DNA from: an uncultured virus (IMG/VR IMGVR_UViG_3300042197_001533)
Lineage: Duplodnaviria; Heunggongvirae; Uroviricota; Caudoviricetes
IMG/VR virus record: IMGVR_UViG_3300042197_001533
Reading direction: 5' to 3' (one strand)
DNA: 57,566 nt
Shown in pieces: positions 12,413 to 22,937 of this stretch. Positions within the stretch are counted from its first letter, which is position 1; each line of letters begins with the position of its first letter. Position numbers and translations under genes: made by a program. The notes under the pieces are model-generated. The model saw nothing but the letters and a program-made list of their open reading frames with translations. It was not told the origin of the DNA and ran no database searches.

Positions 12413-13504
12413 ATGAATTACGACCTTTCAACCATCGACCAGAACCAATTCAACGTGGTTCCTCACCTGATTGCTGGTGATACTTGTTTCCTCGTTTCCC
12501 CTCAGCGCATGGGTGTTGAGTGGAATCAGGTCAACAAGGTTCTCCGTTCTTCGGTCTGGAACTCCAAGGGCGAGTTGGTGTCTGCTGGCTTTCCTAAGTT
12601 CGTGAACTGGGGTGAGAAGCCCGAAGTTTTCCCCCTTCCTCATTCGTTGCACGGTTGCACTGTCGTTGAGAAGTTGGATGGTTCTCTGCTCATCGTTTCC
12701 AAGTATAAGGGCCAGTTCATCCTCCGCACCCGTGGCACCGTTGACGCATACAAGCTCGACAATGGTTACGAGTTGGATTTGTTCAAGCAACAGCACTCCC
12801 TCGTCTTGAATCACGATATGTCCGAGACTTGGGATCACTCAGTTCTTTTCGAGTGGACCACTCCGACTAATCGGATTGTTATTGACTACGGTGCTGAGCC
12901 GGCGTGGAAGTTGATTGGTTTGATTCACCACGACGATTATTCTCTCGCTGGTCAAGACACTTTGGATTTCGTGGCGAACAAGTTGAACCTTGAGCGTCCG
13001 GAGACTTTCACCTTCCGTTCTACCGAGGAGCTTATCGCTTCCGTTGAACAGTGGAAGGGTAAGGAAGGCGTTTGTGTCTATTCCAAGGGTGGTCAGGAAA
13101 TCCACAAGGTTAAGGGTGCCGACTACCTTCTCAAGCACCGTTTCAAGGAGAATGCGACCTTGGAGAACACCTTGGATTTGTTCGTGGCCTACGGGTATCC
13201 GAACTATCAGGACTTCGAGGCGAAGCTTGTGGAACAGTTTGATTACGAGTGCTTTGGGATGGTTCGTGGTTTCGCTTCCACTGTGGTTGACGCCTTCAAG
13301 ACCGTGAAGGAGATTGAGGCTGGTATGCAACGGTTTGTGGATGAGAAGCTTAAGCCGCTTCCGACCCGTGGATTGCAGGCGGTTGTGGTCAAGCAGTCGT
13401 ATGGTCAAACCAACCGTGCTTCATTCATCTTTACTTTACTCGATGGTAAGCCCTTCGGTGGTAAGGAATACACCAAGTTGATGTGGCAGGTCCTTAAAAA
13501 GTAA
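12413..13504 (+). CDS. RNA ligase, T4 Rnl1-like family
   Basis: GFPKFVNWGE, motif I EKLDGSL, TRGT, LFEW, NRIV, EGVCV, KVKGADY. Confidence 0.85.
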   Translation: MNYDLSTIDQNQFNVVPHLIAGDTCFLVSPQRMGVEWNQVNKVLRSSVWNSKGELVSAGFPKFVNWGEKPEVFPLPHSLHGCTVVEKLDGSLLIVSKYKGQFILRTRGTVDAYKLDNGYELDLFKQQHSLVLNHDMSETWDHSVLFEWTTPTNRIVIDYGAEPAWKLIGLIHHDDYSLAGQDTLDFVANKLNLERPETFTFRSTEELIASVEQWKGKEGVCVYSKGGQEIHKVKGADYLLKHRFKENATLENTLDLFVAYGYPNYQDFEAKLVEQFDYECFGMVRGFASTVVDAFKTVKEIEAGMQRFVDEKLKPLPTRGLQAVVVKQSYGQTNRASFIFTLLDGKPFGGKEYTKLMWQVLKK

Positions 13505-14299
13505 TGATTTATGTGTGTAACTGCTGAAATGTCAGAGACAACCGTCTGGCGGAGAAATAATCCAGAAAAAGCGCGGGCGCAACAGAATAAGGATATAGCT
13601 AACAAAAAGAAACGTGACCGAGACGTTGGGATTCCTTCATCCCGACAAACAAAATGCGTTGAATGTGGGATGGTTTACGATAGAATGGGGGCTCATATGT
13701 TAGGATTCAAGTTTTTAACGGGGTGCAGAGGAACGAGGTGTATCTGTAATGTCTGTAACTGATAATTGATGGCTCAGGAAGGGGCCAGGTTCGCTTAGGA
13801 TTAAGTTCCAAGGTCTGAACCTGGTCCAAGGTCGGGAAGGATTGTGGACAAATAACTGTTTGAGGCTTGACTTTCTATAAAAACAATCTAAACTTCTTTT
13901 ACGATGAAAGTAGAAACCAGATTGGTTAAGGCGTTTAACTCGTGGAAACGGTGGAAGGGTTCCAAACGTAAAAAGGATATGCTGGCCGTGAAGTATGTTA
14001 AACTTCTTCATCTGGCTGACAGTTTGGCTTGACTTTCTATAAAAAACCCTCTACACTAGTCCCACAATGAAATCGAAAAAGGTTTGTAAGAAGTGTGAAG
14101 GAAAGGGTGAGCGTAATACTCGCCCGTTCTGGATTATCGCCCAATTCCCATGCGAACACTGTAACGCTACGGGGTTCCATGTTCCGAAGTCTAAACGGAA
14201 TGACGTGGAGATGTGGAAGAATTTTAATTCACCTACTCCGAAATTTATTTAAAGAAATAACGTGACATCTTTTAATCTTCGTGGTATTATCTTTTCTGT

Positions 14300-14384
14300 G
14301 GTTGGGTAGCATACAGGTAATGCAACGGCTAGAGTAGGCCACTCTATGTTCTGTCCAGTGGGTTCAAGTCCCACACCAACTACA
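14300..14384 (+). ncRNA. tRNA-like RNA with elongated anticodon arm
   Basis: Acceptor GGTTGG/CCAACT, D-arm GCAT/ATGC, T-arm GTGGG-TTCAAGT-CCCAC; anticodon arm replaced by ACGG..TAGAGT-AGGCC-ACTCTA..CTGT; promoter at ~14262-14290. Confidence 0.7.
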
Positions 14385-14483
14385 AAACTTTCTTGTCGTA
14401 AAGCGTGGTCGCAGGCTGTGCACTGGCCGAGCCCGTTCAATTCGTGGCTGTTACGATACTTTCGGTTGTCAGCGATGGAACCG

Positions 14484-14552
14484 CAGACTGTAGCTCAACG
14501 GGAAGAGCAGACGTATTAACGTCGAGATTTGGGTTCGAGTCCCAGTGGGATG
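14484..14552 (+). pseudogene. Pseudo-tRNA with 4-nt anticodon loop
   Basis: TAGCTC..GAGC D-arm, GACGT-ATTA-ACGTC, TTGGG-TTCGAGT-CCCAG; poorly paired acceptor stem. Confidence 0.6.
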
Positions 14553-14575
14553 TGTATAGTTGTTGACAACCTAAC

Positions 14576-14637
14576 TGGCGGGTAGCTCAATGGCAGAGCC
14601 GAGTGTCTTGTGGGTTCGAGTCCCACCCCGTCAACCA
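14576..14637 (+). ncRNA. 62-nt tRNA mimic with no anticodon arm (G3:U70, A73, encoded CCA)
   Basis: TGGCGGG/CCCGTCA-A-CCA, GCTC-AATGGCA-GAGC, 10-nt linker, GTGGG-TTCGAGT-CCCAC. Confidence 0.8.
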
Positions 14638-15835
14638 ACTTTATGAAACGAGCAGAGAAAATTGAATTTCGGATTGAACGTCGTGCTGAACGTGCGGCAA
14701 AGAAGGGACTCCGTAGCAAACAGTCTTGGATGGATCGTCAACATCCGGACAAGCGGTGCCATGATTGTGGTGGAATGATGCAGTGGTGCACAATTTGCGA
14801 CTGTTACACACAGACTTGTTGTGTTGACTGGGGAACCTGTATGTGTTCTTAAATTATGAAAAAGATCCTTGTTTTCGTTGGTATGCAATACTATCCGACG
14901 GGCGGCATGGGAGATTTCTTTGAGAGTTTCGATTCTGTGACCGAGGCTAAGGACGCCCTACTAAAGATGGAAGGAATTGATTGGGCTGATGGTGTCAACA
15001 CTGAAACCGGTGAGATTTATAGATTCAAATGTTGACTTCTTATCGGTCATGTGATATTCTTATTACGAACAATGAAACCAACTACTGAAATGGTCTTCCA
15101 GGTCGCTGGATACACCGATAAAATCCACGAGGCAACCGGCCAGGTGTTCGTTACCCGGCCTTGGTTGACCTTCACCCGTAAGCAGCTAACCTCGGACATC
15201 ATCCGCAGTCTGCCTTGGTTGAATGGGAAGGTCCTCACTGCCGGTCAAACCACCGTCTTGAACCATATCATTTCAACCGGCATTCGACTCTTGATTCAAC
15301 GTGGCGCCATCAAGAAGGTAAAGGGTCCAACCACGGTTGAACCCGAGTGGCAGGCAGTGGCAGGCATCAACGTGGAAGTCTATAAAAACATCACGGGTAA
15401 CGATTGTGTTGCCAAAGACCCGACCAAGGTTGGCAATCGTGCGTTGAACCTCAAGCAGTTGAGGGCGTTAAACATTGAACCGCACTATTTCGACTTGCAG
15501 CCAACGAATTAATTTATGACATCACACTTCCGAATCGTCTTCGACGCATACAAGGAACGGTTCTTTATCGAAAAGAAACACCTTGGGTTTCTCTGGCTCC
15601 GTGACCATACCAGAGTGGTCATGGACAGGATTCACAATTTCTATCCAAACAGATATGGATTTGCTTTGGAAGAGGGGGCTTTGATCTACCTCAACACGGT
15701 CCGTCGGGAAAACGAGATCTTTAAAAAAGACCAGGTTCAGGAGAAAGCCAAAGACAGATTCCGGGTGGTCCAGTCGTTGGATTTCAAAGATTAACTAGTT
15801 GACTTTCTGTAAAACTCGTCTATACTGGTTCCACG

Positions 15836-16435
15836 ATGATTATTCTGAGTGATGTCCATTCCGATTGGAATCGGGTCGAGCAGGTCTGCCGACTCTATCC
15901 GGACCAGACGATTGTCCAACTTGGCGACCTCGGCATCGGTTTCCTCCGCACCGAGTTTGTCCTTGGAAACACTCCGAAGAACTTCCGTTTCTTCGTTGGC
16001 AACCACGATAACCGCACCCTTGCCAACACGATGCCCGCCTGTCTCGGTGACTTTGGCGAGTTTGAGAACATCTTTTTCGTCAGCGGTGCACGTTCCATTG
16101 ACGCTTACGATAGGATTGAGGGTAAGACTTGGTGGGCCAACGAGGAGCTTTCTTACGGCCAGGCATCGGCCTGCCTTGACGCATGGGAGAAGAGCGACAA
16201 GGACATCATCGTCAGTCACGACACCACTCAGAGTTTCGTGGAGAAGTTCTGTCTGATTTACGACCGTTCAATCACTCGTTCTCTGCTTCAATCCATGATT
16301 GAGGCGAGGAAGCCGAAGATGGTTATTTTTGGACACCATCATTATCGGTATGAGATTGACCACGCTGGCATTCAATATCGTGGTCTGGCTATCAACGCCA
16401 CTTTCGTCCTTGACTCTGATAAGAAGTCGGTGTAA
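15836..16435 (+). CDS. Calcineurin-like metallophosphoesterase
   Basis: SDVH, LGD, GNHD, SHD, FGHHH motifs. Confidence 0.9.
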   Translation: MIILSDVHSDWNRVEQVCRLYPDQTIVQLGDLGIGFLRTEFVLGNTPKNFRFFVGNHDNRTLANTMPACLGDFGEFENIFFVSGARSIDAYDRIEGKTWWANEELSYGQASACLDAWEKSDKDIIVSHDTTQSFVEKFCLIYDRSITRSLLQSMIEARKPKMVIFGHHHYRYEIDHAGIQYRGLAINATFVLDSDKKSV

Positions 16436-16446
16436 TCTATCATCCT

Positions 16447-17153
16447 ATGTTTAAGAAACTTTGTGGTTCAATTTTAATGGTCATCGGTGCCATTGTGTTG
16501 GCCGCCATCGCCCTCGTCACACTGTTGTCTGTAATCGTAATCGTGGCAACAGCTCTCATTGTGGCTCTCATTATCTTTGGTGTATCTACACCATTCATTG
16601 CGATGACGCTTTACGGTGTCGGTCTGTATAAAGACGGTGCTCGGTAAAAAACAAAACAACCTATGGCAAAACTAATCGGTTACACACTTGCAACACTCAT
16701 CCTCTCCGGCATTTTCTGTTGGTATAACTACATCTGGTGGGCGACATCCATTCCCTTTCTGGCACTTCTGCTGATTGCCGCTTTGGCAATCTGGGTGGTG
16801 CAGGAACAGAAGCCCATTGGAGTGTTGTTTGGTTGTTTGTTTTTCGTGTCGTTCGCCCTTCAAATTCTGAAGTGGTTCTCAGTGGTTTCTTTTCCGATTT
16901 TCAAGTAAAACGTCGGGCAACTCATAAAACTATGTTCACAAAGTTCCTCGGTTATGTTGTTATTGGTATCGGTTTCGCCGCCCTCGTCATCGGCCTCAGC
17001 GCCCTCTTCGCATTGCCCTTCATGTGGCTGTGGAACGCATTGATGCCAGACATCTTTGGTTTGAAGGTTTTGAGCTTCCTCCAGGCGTGGGGATTGCTCG
17101 TCCTCTCAAGTTTCTTGTTTAAGAATTCTTCGATTTCTTCAAATAAGGATTGA
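16447..17153 (+). other. Three small membrane proteins (16447-16647, 16663-16908, 16932-17153)
   Basis: Long hydrophobic stretches in each ORF. Confidence 0.7.
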
Positions 17154-17184
17154 CGAATCGGGTCGGTTGTAGTATTCTTTTAAC

Positions 17185-17500
17185 AGTTCTTTGATTGAAT
17201 TTTCAGTTGGGTCGCTCCCACTGACTAACGGTATTTGGTGAGTTACCGTGAGAGAGACGTGAATAGCTTATTACTAGTAAAAGCGCTGGGAGAGTCCCGG
17301 AGAAGTGGATGCGAATTCCACAACGGAACAACACATTATCCTCGTGGATAATTCGTGTGAGTGAAATCCTCAAAAGAATCATCAAACTCGGAAGTAATTA
17401 CTCCGACGAGGCCTATGACCGGACGGGCGTTACGCTCGGCCTAGTGAAAGAAATCATACGTCCCAGTAGGGATATGTTGGTTAAGCCTCCAATTTCGCGG
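17185..17500 (+). ncRNA. Putative ~310-nt structured non-coding RNA
   Basis: Own promoter (TTGACG..TATTCT, ~17150-17178), no ATG at the usual position, about 10 hairpins. Confidence 0.65.
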
Positions 17501-18807
17501 TTGACATCTTTTAATCTTCGTGGTATTGTAGTTGCACAATGAAACTAAACATTCGAGATTTCTCTCTGAGGCATCTGATGATGATGCGTAATTCTATCCT
17601 CCACGAAAATTGGAAGACTCGGTTCACCGTCCAAGAAATCAACGCTGAGTGTGACCGCCGTGCCCGGATGAACACTCCTCTCTCCGTCCGTAAAGATCCT
17701 TCAATTTACACGCCGTAATTTGTTGACTTTCTATAAAATCTAGCCCATACTGTCCGCACAATGAAAGGTATCCCTACAGTTCGTGATTGGAAAGTGACCG
17801 ACAAGGAAACTGGCCGGTCTGTCATCGTCACCACCATCAACAAGCGTTTCGCTCGTTGGGAAGCAAGTGACCAAGGCATTAACGGTAACGTGTCGGTGTC
17901 TCTCGTTCGTAGCCCGAAGTTGGTTCGCCGAGATGGAGTTTTTGGAATCGTAAATTAAACAAATTAAACAAATGAAAACTAAAACGATGTATGGGTGTTT
18001 GTGTGATGGAGACATTCGTGTGTTTTCCACCAAAAAGAAGATGCTTTGTTGGTATATGTCACGATACAACTGTTCTAAACGATTTGCAACGGACTTAATG
18101 GCAGCGGGAATGCAAGAAATTTATTTGGATTAAGGCTTGACTTCTTATCGCTTCTGAGATATTCTATTTACACAATGAACAACGAAACTAACGGTTCCAC
18201 TGTCACCTCCACCTCGAAGCCCGAAATGAACTACGCGGAGAAGGTCGCCTTCCTCGCCGCCGTCCGCAAGGAGTGTGGTCTGGACAAGGTTGAGACTGAC
18301 CTTCACACCGACGAGTCGCCTGCTGGCAAGTATGTGACGGAATACACCTTCGGCACGATTTAACCAAAACAAAACAATGCCTACAACATACACAAGCAAA
18401 CTCGGTCGTAGTGAACCCGCGTGGTTTCTTCGTGATAACAGAGTCGTGAACCTTCCCATCGGTTCCGTCACAGTCAAATCGGTATCCAATCAGGACGGAT
18501 CGCCCAACTACGAATCCGTGGTCTATGGTTTTCGGATTTTCACCTCGAACGGCCGGGACTTTAAGGAGTGGTTAGAACTTGACGAACGGACTGTTTTCGG
18601 CACCAAAGAGGAACTTTTAGCCTCGTTGTAAAATGAGCGGTCGCCCTTACCCCGAATCGTATCAGAGCACCGAGTGGGATATTCTCGGTAGAGCAGTTTG
18701 GTTCTGTTTAGGGGCGACCGCAGGTGGGATTCTGGTGGTGACGATTATTTACAGAATCGGCCTTTGAGGGTTGACAATCGGAACGGTTTGCGGTATTCTT
18801 TTAACTC

Positions 18808-18883
18808 ATTGGTGATGGATTGATGATGAGTCGTTCATCCCTCCGTAAAATCGGACGTCTGGGGCGCGATAGGCTCCACCAAT
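18808..18883 (+). ncRNA. Degenerate cloverleaf RNA
   Basis: ATTGGT/ACCAAT closing stem, GGGGC-GCGATAG-GCTCC T-arm-like hairpin; first element after the promoter at 18771. Confidence 0.45.
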
Positions 18884-18887
18884 TTAT

Positions 18888-19006
18888 TGCTCCCTCTTGG
18901 GATACGGATTGAGTGTTAGGTCGGTGTTCAGACCGATAATCTGCGAACCTAATAACAAGTGCCTCATCAGCTGCCGTAGTTGGATCGATGCCAACGGGAG
19001 CAACCA
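18888..19006 (+). ncRNA. 119-nt RNA with tRNA acceptor/T-arm and a large inserted domain
   Basis: TGCTCCC/GGGAGCA-A-CCA, GTTGG-ATCGATG-CCAAC, nested stems TACGG/CCGTA, TGTTAGG/CCTAATA, TCGGT/ACCGA. Confidence 0.7.
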
Positions 19007-19009
19007 TTT

Positions 19010-19128
19010 GAAAGTGTGGCGGAAGATAACCGCACTCAGTAAGTAGCTGCAACTTAGACACACGAAGGCCAAGTGTGAGGCGGAGTTACCGAGAGACAAT
19101 GCAGGTCCGAACCCTGCCACTTTCACCA
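19010..19128 (+). ncRNA. 119-nt tRNA-like RNA with branched anticodon-arm insertion
   Basis: GAAAGTG/CACTTTC-A-CCA, D-arm GCGG/CCGC, T-arm GCAGG-TCCGAAC-CCTGC; internal hairpins TAAGT/ACTTA and CACAC/GTGTG. Confidence 0.7.
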
Positions 19129-20488
19129 GAAGTAGGGATTGATGTGCTGTGTCAGTCTTAAAACGCTAACCTACTTCGTTTAATTTATGAATGCTACTCA
19201 AATATCTTTAATCGTAATGTTGTGGGCGTCCACCGCCATCGTGTGGATTCTGGACTATCTCGATAAACGTCCGTTAGGCTCCACTGCGATGTGTAGTCGT
19301 GGAGCATTGATGTTCACGATCACCATCACCATCCACATTGGTCTGGCTGTGTTATCTGAACACTCTAAATGAAAACCGCTCAAGAATTAGTAGAAGGACT
19401 CGAAAGAGTCGAACGTCAGGAACATCCTTCAGATAAAGTTGCTGCATGGGAAGCGTTTGTTGACGAGATTCAACTTGATGCCTGTCAATCACAAGCTGAA
19501 CGGATTCTGACGCTGATTGCTGCTCGTGGAATTGACGTGACCGATTGTGATGGCGATGATGACACAGCAGTGATTCTCGCAAATTGGATTGTCGGGCGTA
19601 TTGAAGAAGCAGATGAACGCCACGCAAATTTGGTGAACCAATTTTAATTATGATCGATGAACCACTATTGAAAGAATCGGAACTGTTGAATTACATCGCA
19701 AAAATGCCGATGGCAATTCAACGGCAGTTTGACAACCGCCACAAAGTCACCAAGGCACATTTTATCTGGGAAGGATATTCCGAGGACCAGGTCAATCTTG
19801 CGATGTCGAGGATGGTTAAGATAGAAGCAGACGTGAACACGGGACCGACGGTCACTCATATCAGTTCTGACACATCATTCATCGAATCTGTCGGGTATAT
19901 GTTCGTGTTGGATTCCTCATATCCATCTCTGTTTAACCGATTTGTTCGTCAGCACATCCTTTCTTCCATCTACAAACCAAAAATCTTGCCCGTGGATCAG
20001 GATAAAGCTCTGAATCAGGAACTTGACCGTCTCTGTGCAACTGAGAACCGGACTACAGCTGGTGTTGCACAACCGCCTCCACTTCCCAAACCATTGAAAA
20101 TTAAGTGTCTGGACAGTGGACTGTTCTCTGGCAACCTCTCCGGCAACCTCTCTCTGTTCGAGACAGCAACACTGTTGTTTTTCGGGTTCATCGTCATTTG
20201 TCTCTGTGCCAAATTTCTATAAAAAGGTGTTGACTCCCTGACCCGGTGGTGTAATCTGTCCGTATGAAAAATAAAGGCAAATACATGGCTCAGAGGCAGG
20301 GTATGTTTGGTCTTAACATCGGATTCGGTCCAACCATCAAGGCGGCTTTGAAGAAAGCGGACGTTGACATCAAAAATGACGGATTTGGATTGTTCACCGT
20401 CAAGGGTGGTGAGATTGTCAGAATTAAAGCCAACGGCCAGCCCGAATGAGGCTTGACTTTATTTAATTTTACTGTAATCTGTCCCTAC

Positions 20489-21124
20489 ATGAAACTGCTT
20501 CCTCAAAAATTCGTTAAGAACTACGACAAGATGGGCGACAACACCTTCATTCAGTTGAAGATGGTTCCCACCGTTACCCTTAACGCTTACATCTACCGTC
20601 GTGAGCGCATGGACGGTTCTTTCGTCGCGTTTGAAGTCTTCGTGGCCAAGCAACGGTTCAAGGGTCAACCTCTGCCGGGTGGAGTCGTGGAGGCGGAGGA
20701 TCGTGAGCAGTATCCTACGGCCAACAACTTCGGGTTCACCGCGAAGGAGTCGAAGTCCATCGAACAGGCCGAAAGGTTCCTCGCCGAGTTTGTCGAGAAG
20801 ATGCAGTCGAAGGAAGACAAGAAGAACGGTGTGAAGCCTGTTGAGGATGAAGGGTTTATGGAGGCTCTCTCCGCGAAGATGAACCTTCCCAAGAAGCAAC
20901 GTGGCCGGAAGCGTAAGGAACGGCCTGCCATCGTCTATCCGACTGGGAAGCAGTGGCTTATGAAGGATCTTCTGGCCATCAACCCCGTGTGGAACCAACC
21001 TCTGGCCTACATTCAGGTCCAAAAGGATATGGAAGCTGGTCTGGTTGTGGAGGTTGCACGAGTCAAGTCGGCTAGTGGTAAGGGTCGGGCAGCAGTCGCC
21101 TACAAGGCGGTCAAGACGGTTTAA
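20489..21124 (+). CDS. Putative DNA-binding protein
   Basis: Basic KKQRGRKRK patch and C-terminal SGKGRAAVAY wing-like motif; start moved to the post-promoter ATG. Confidence 0.45.
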   Translation: MKLLPQKFVKNYDKMGDNTFIQLKMVPTVTLNAYIYRRERMDGSFVAFEVFVAKQRFKGQPLPGGVVEAEDREQYPTANNFGFTAKESKSIEQAERFLAEFVEKMQSKEDKKNGVKPVEDEGFMEALSAKMNLPKKQRGRKRKERPAIVYPTGKQWLMKDLLAINPVWNQPLAYIQVQKDMEAGLVVEVARVKSASGKGRAAVAYKAVKTV

Positions 21125-22490
21125 TAGGAAGGCCAGGGATGGCCAGGGTTCGCTTAGGATAAGTGGACCAGGTTTCGACCTGGTCCACAGACCACAGAGG
21201 GTTAAAACGATTTCTATTCAAAGGGCTTGACTTTCTATAAAATCTAGCCCATACTGTCCGCACAATGACAATCGTTCAACACAATCGGTCGGGGTCAGAA
21301 ACTCTCCTTCGGGACGACAACGACATCCTCCACATTCAGCGGGTCGGAGAGGTTATGACTAACGTAATCCCATACAACCACGCCGTTCGTCTCAACGAGG
21401 AAACGGATTCTTTCGAGGATATTGGTCGGGTCTTCCACTCCATTCTTTCCTAAAATGAACCTTACTTCTCTCCAATCCGTAGCTGATTTGATTCTCTCGT
21501 CGGGCTGTAAGCCTAACGCCAGGTATCGTCGGGCACTTCGGGCGTTGACCAAACTCGAACAGCTCAACAACCAACCGTATGTCCCTCCACAGGGAACCGA
21601 TTACAACGTGGTGTTGGTCAACGGTCGGGAGGTTAAGTTGTTCGTTCCCAAGGGAATGAACGTGTTCCAAGTGGCCCAAAAGAACGGGTATCAGGTCCAA
21701 TCGGTGATGAAGGCTTGACATTCTATAAAAACCAGATAGACTATTCCCACAATGAAAACAAAGAAAGCACTCGTCTCCAAAGTCGTCTCCATCGGTGATC
21801 TCCGCCAACGGGCCGCGAAGGACCCTCGCTACCTCCAGCTGGCCATGATTTCCGCAAGCAACCTCGGGGGGTCCCCGAAGAATCTGGATGACGCCATCAA
21901 CTGGCTGAACACTAACGCCATGGAGACTGACGAGGATGGTGTGGTCGGTGAAATCAACTTCTGTCGGGACTTGGTGAAGTAATTGGTTGACTTTCTATAA
22001 CCACCAAGGTATTCTTTAATCACACAACATGAAATACACATACAGAATCGACACCCAAGGCCTCAGCAAAGACACCACCTACCTGGTCTTCAAGTTTGAC
22101 CGAAATCTTTCAGCTCAAAGCGTGTATCTTTCAACGAAGAATGACCAAGTTCCAAAGGACGTTCAAGCACTGTTGGCGGGAGTGAACCGCGTCAAGGGAG
22201 TGATTTCCGGCTCCGCTGGAGAATTCAATTCCTCGGGTCTGATTCAGGTGGATGGAAACGAACTTATGGTGCAAATCATCGCGGTGGACACCAAGGAGAT
22301 TCCGAACATCGCTGACCGGATTGTGAAGCGTGTTCAACGCCGTTACGCCAAGGGAGAACCCCGTCAACGGATGAACCTCGTGAAGCTTCATGCTGAGCTG
22401 GTTCGGCTGAACAAAGCTGCCGATGAGCTGGCACTCCTCACCGGAATTTAAGTTGACTTCCGGAGACGGATTTGGTATTCTTTTAACACG

Positions 22491-22937
22491 ATGAACGACG
22501 ACGTTGAACAAGTTGAACTTGCGAAGAAAATCGCCAGCATGGCCCACGAGGGCCAGTTCCGCCGAGACGGCGAGGAACCTTACATCGTCCATCCGGCTCG
22601 GGTAGCCAAACGGGTGGCGAAGGAATTTGACAATCACATCGAAGACTCGGAGTTTTTCGTGGCGGTGGCTTGGTTGCACGATTCCATCGAAGACTCTGAC
22701 GGAAAGGTTCACGCGAACTGGCTTCTTCATAAAGGCGTCGACCCGGCGATTGTGGATGGTGTCGTGGCTATCACGAAGGTTGACGGCGAGGAATACGAAA
22801 AGTATCTGGCTCGTGTGAAGGCGAACAAGTATGCTCGGACGGTCAAGATTCAGGATATGCTGGATAACCTCTCCAGTTCACCTTCTCAACGTCAGATTGT
22901 GAAGTATGCGAAGGGTTTGCAGTTTCTTCTCTCCTAA
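22491..22937 (+). CDS. HD-domain hydrolase, SpoT/MESH1 ((p)ppGpp hydrolase)-like
   Basis: AHEGQFRRDGEEPYIVHP, AWLHDSIED, VKIQDMLDNL. Confidence 0.85.
   Translation: MNDDVEQVELAKKIASMAHEGQFRRDGEEPYIVHPARVAKRVAKEFDNHIEDSEFFVAVAWLHDSIEDSDGKVHANWLLHKGVDPAIVDGVVAITKVDGEEYEKYLARVKANKYARTVKIQDMLDNLSSSPSQRQIVKYAKGLQFLLS

Noticed and set aside
14484..14552. Ochre suppressor tRNA or stop-codon recoding
   Set aside because: The loop has only 4 nt, the acceptor pairs poorly, and genes read intact with the standard code.
18808..18883. tRNA-Sec
   Set aside because: No UCA in a 7-nt loop and no SelC arm geometry.
18888..19128. tmRNA or group I intron-containing tRNAs
   Set aside because: No G3:U70, no tag reading frame, and the inserts are far too short for either.
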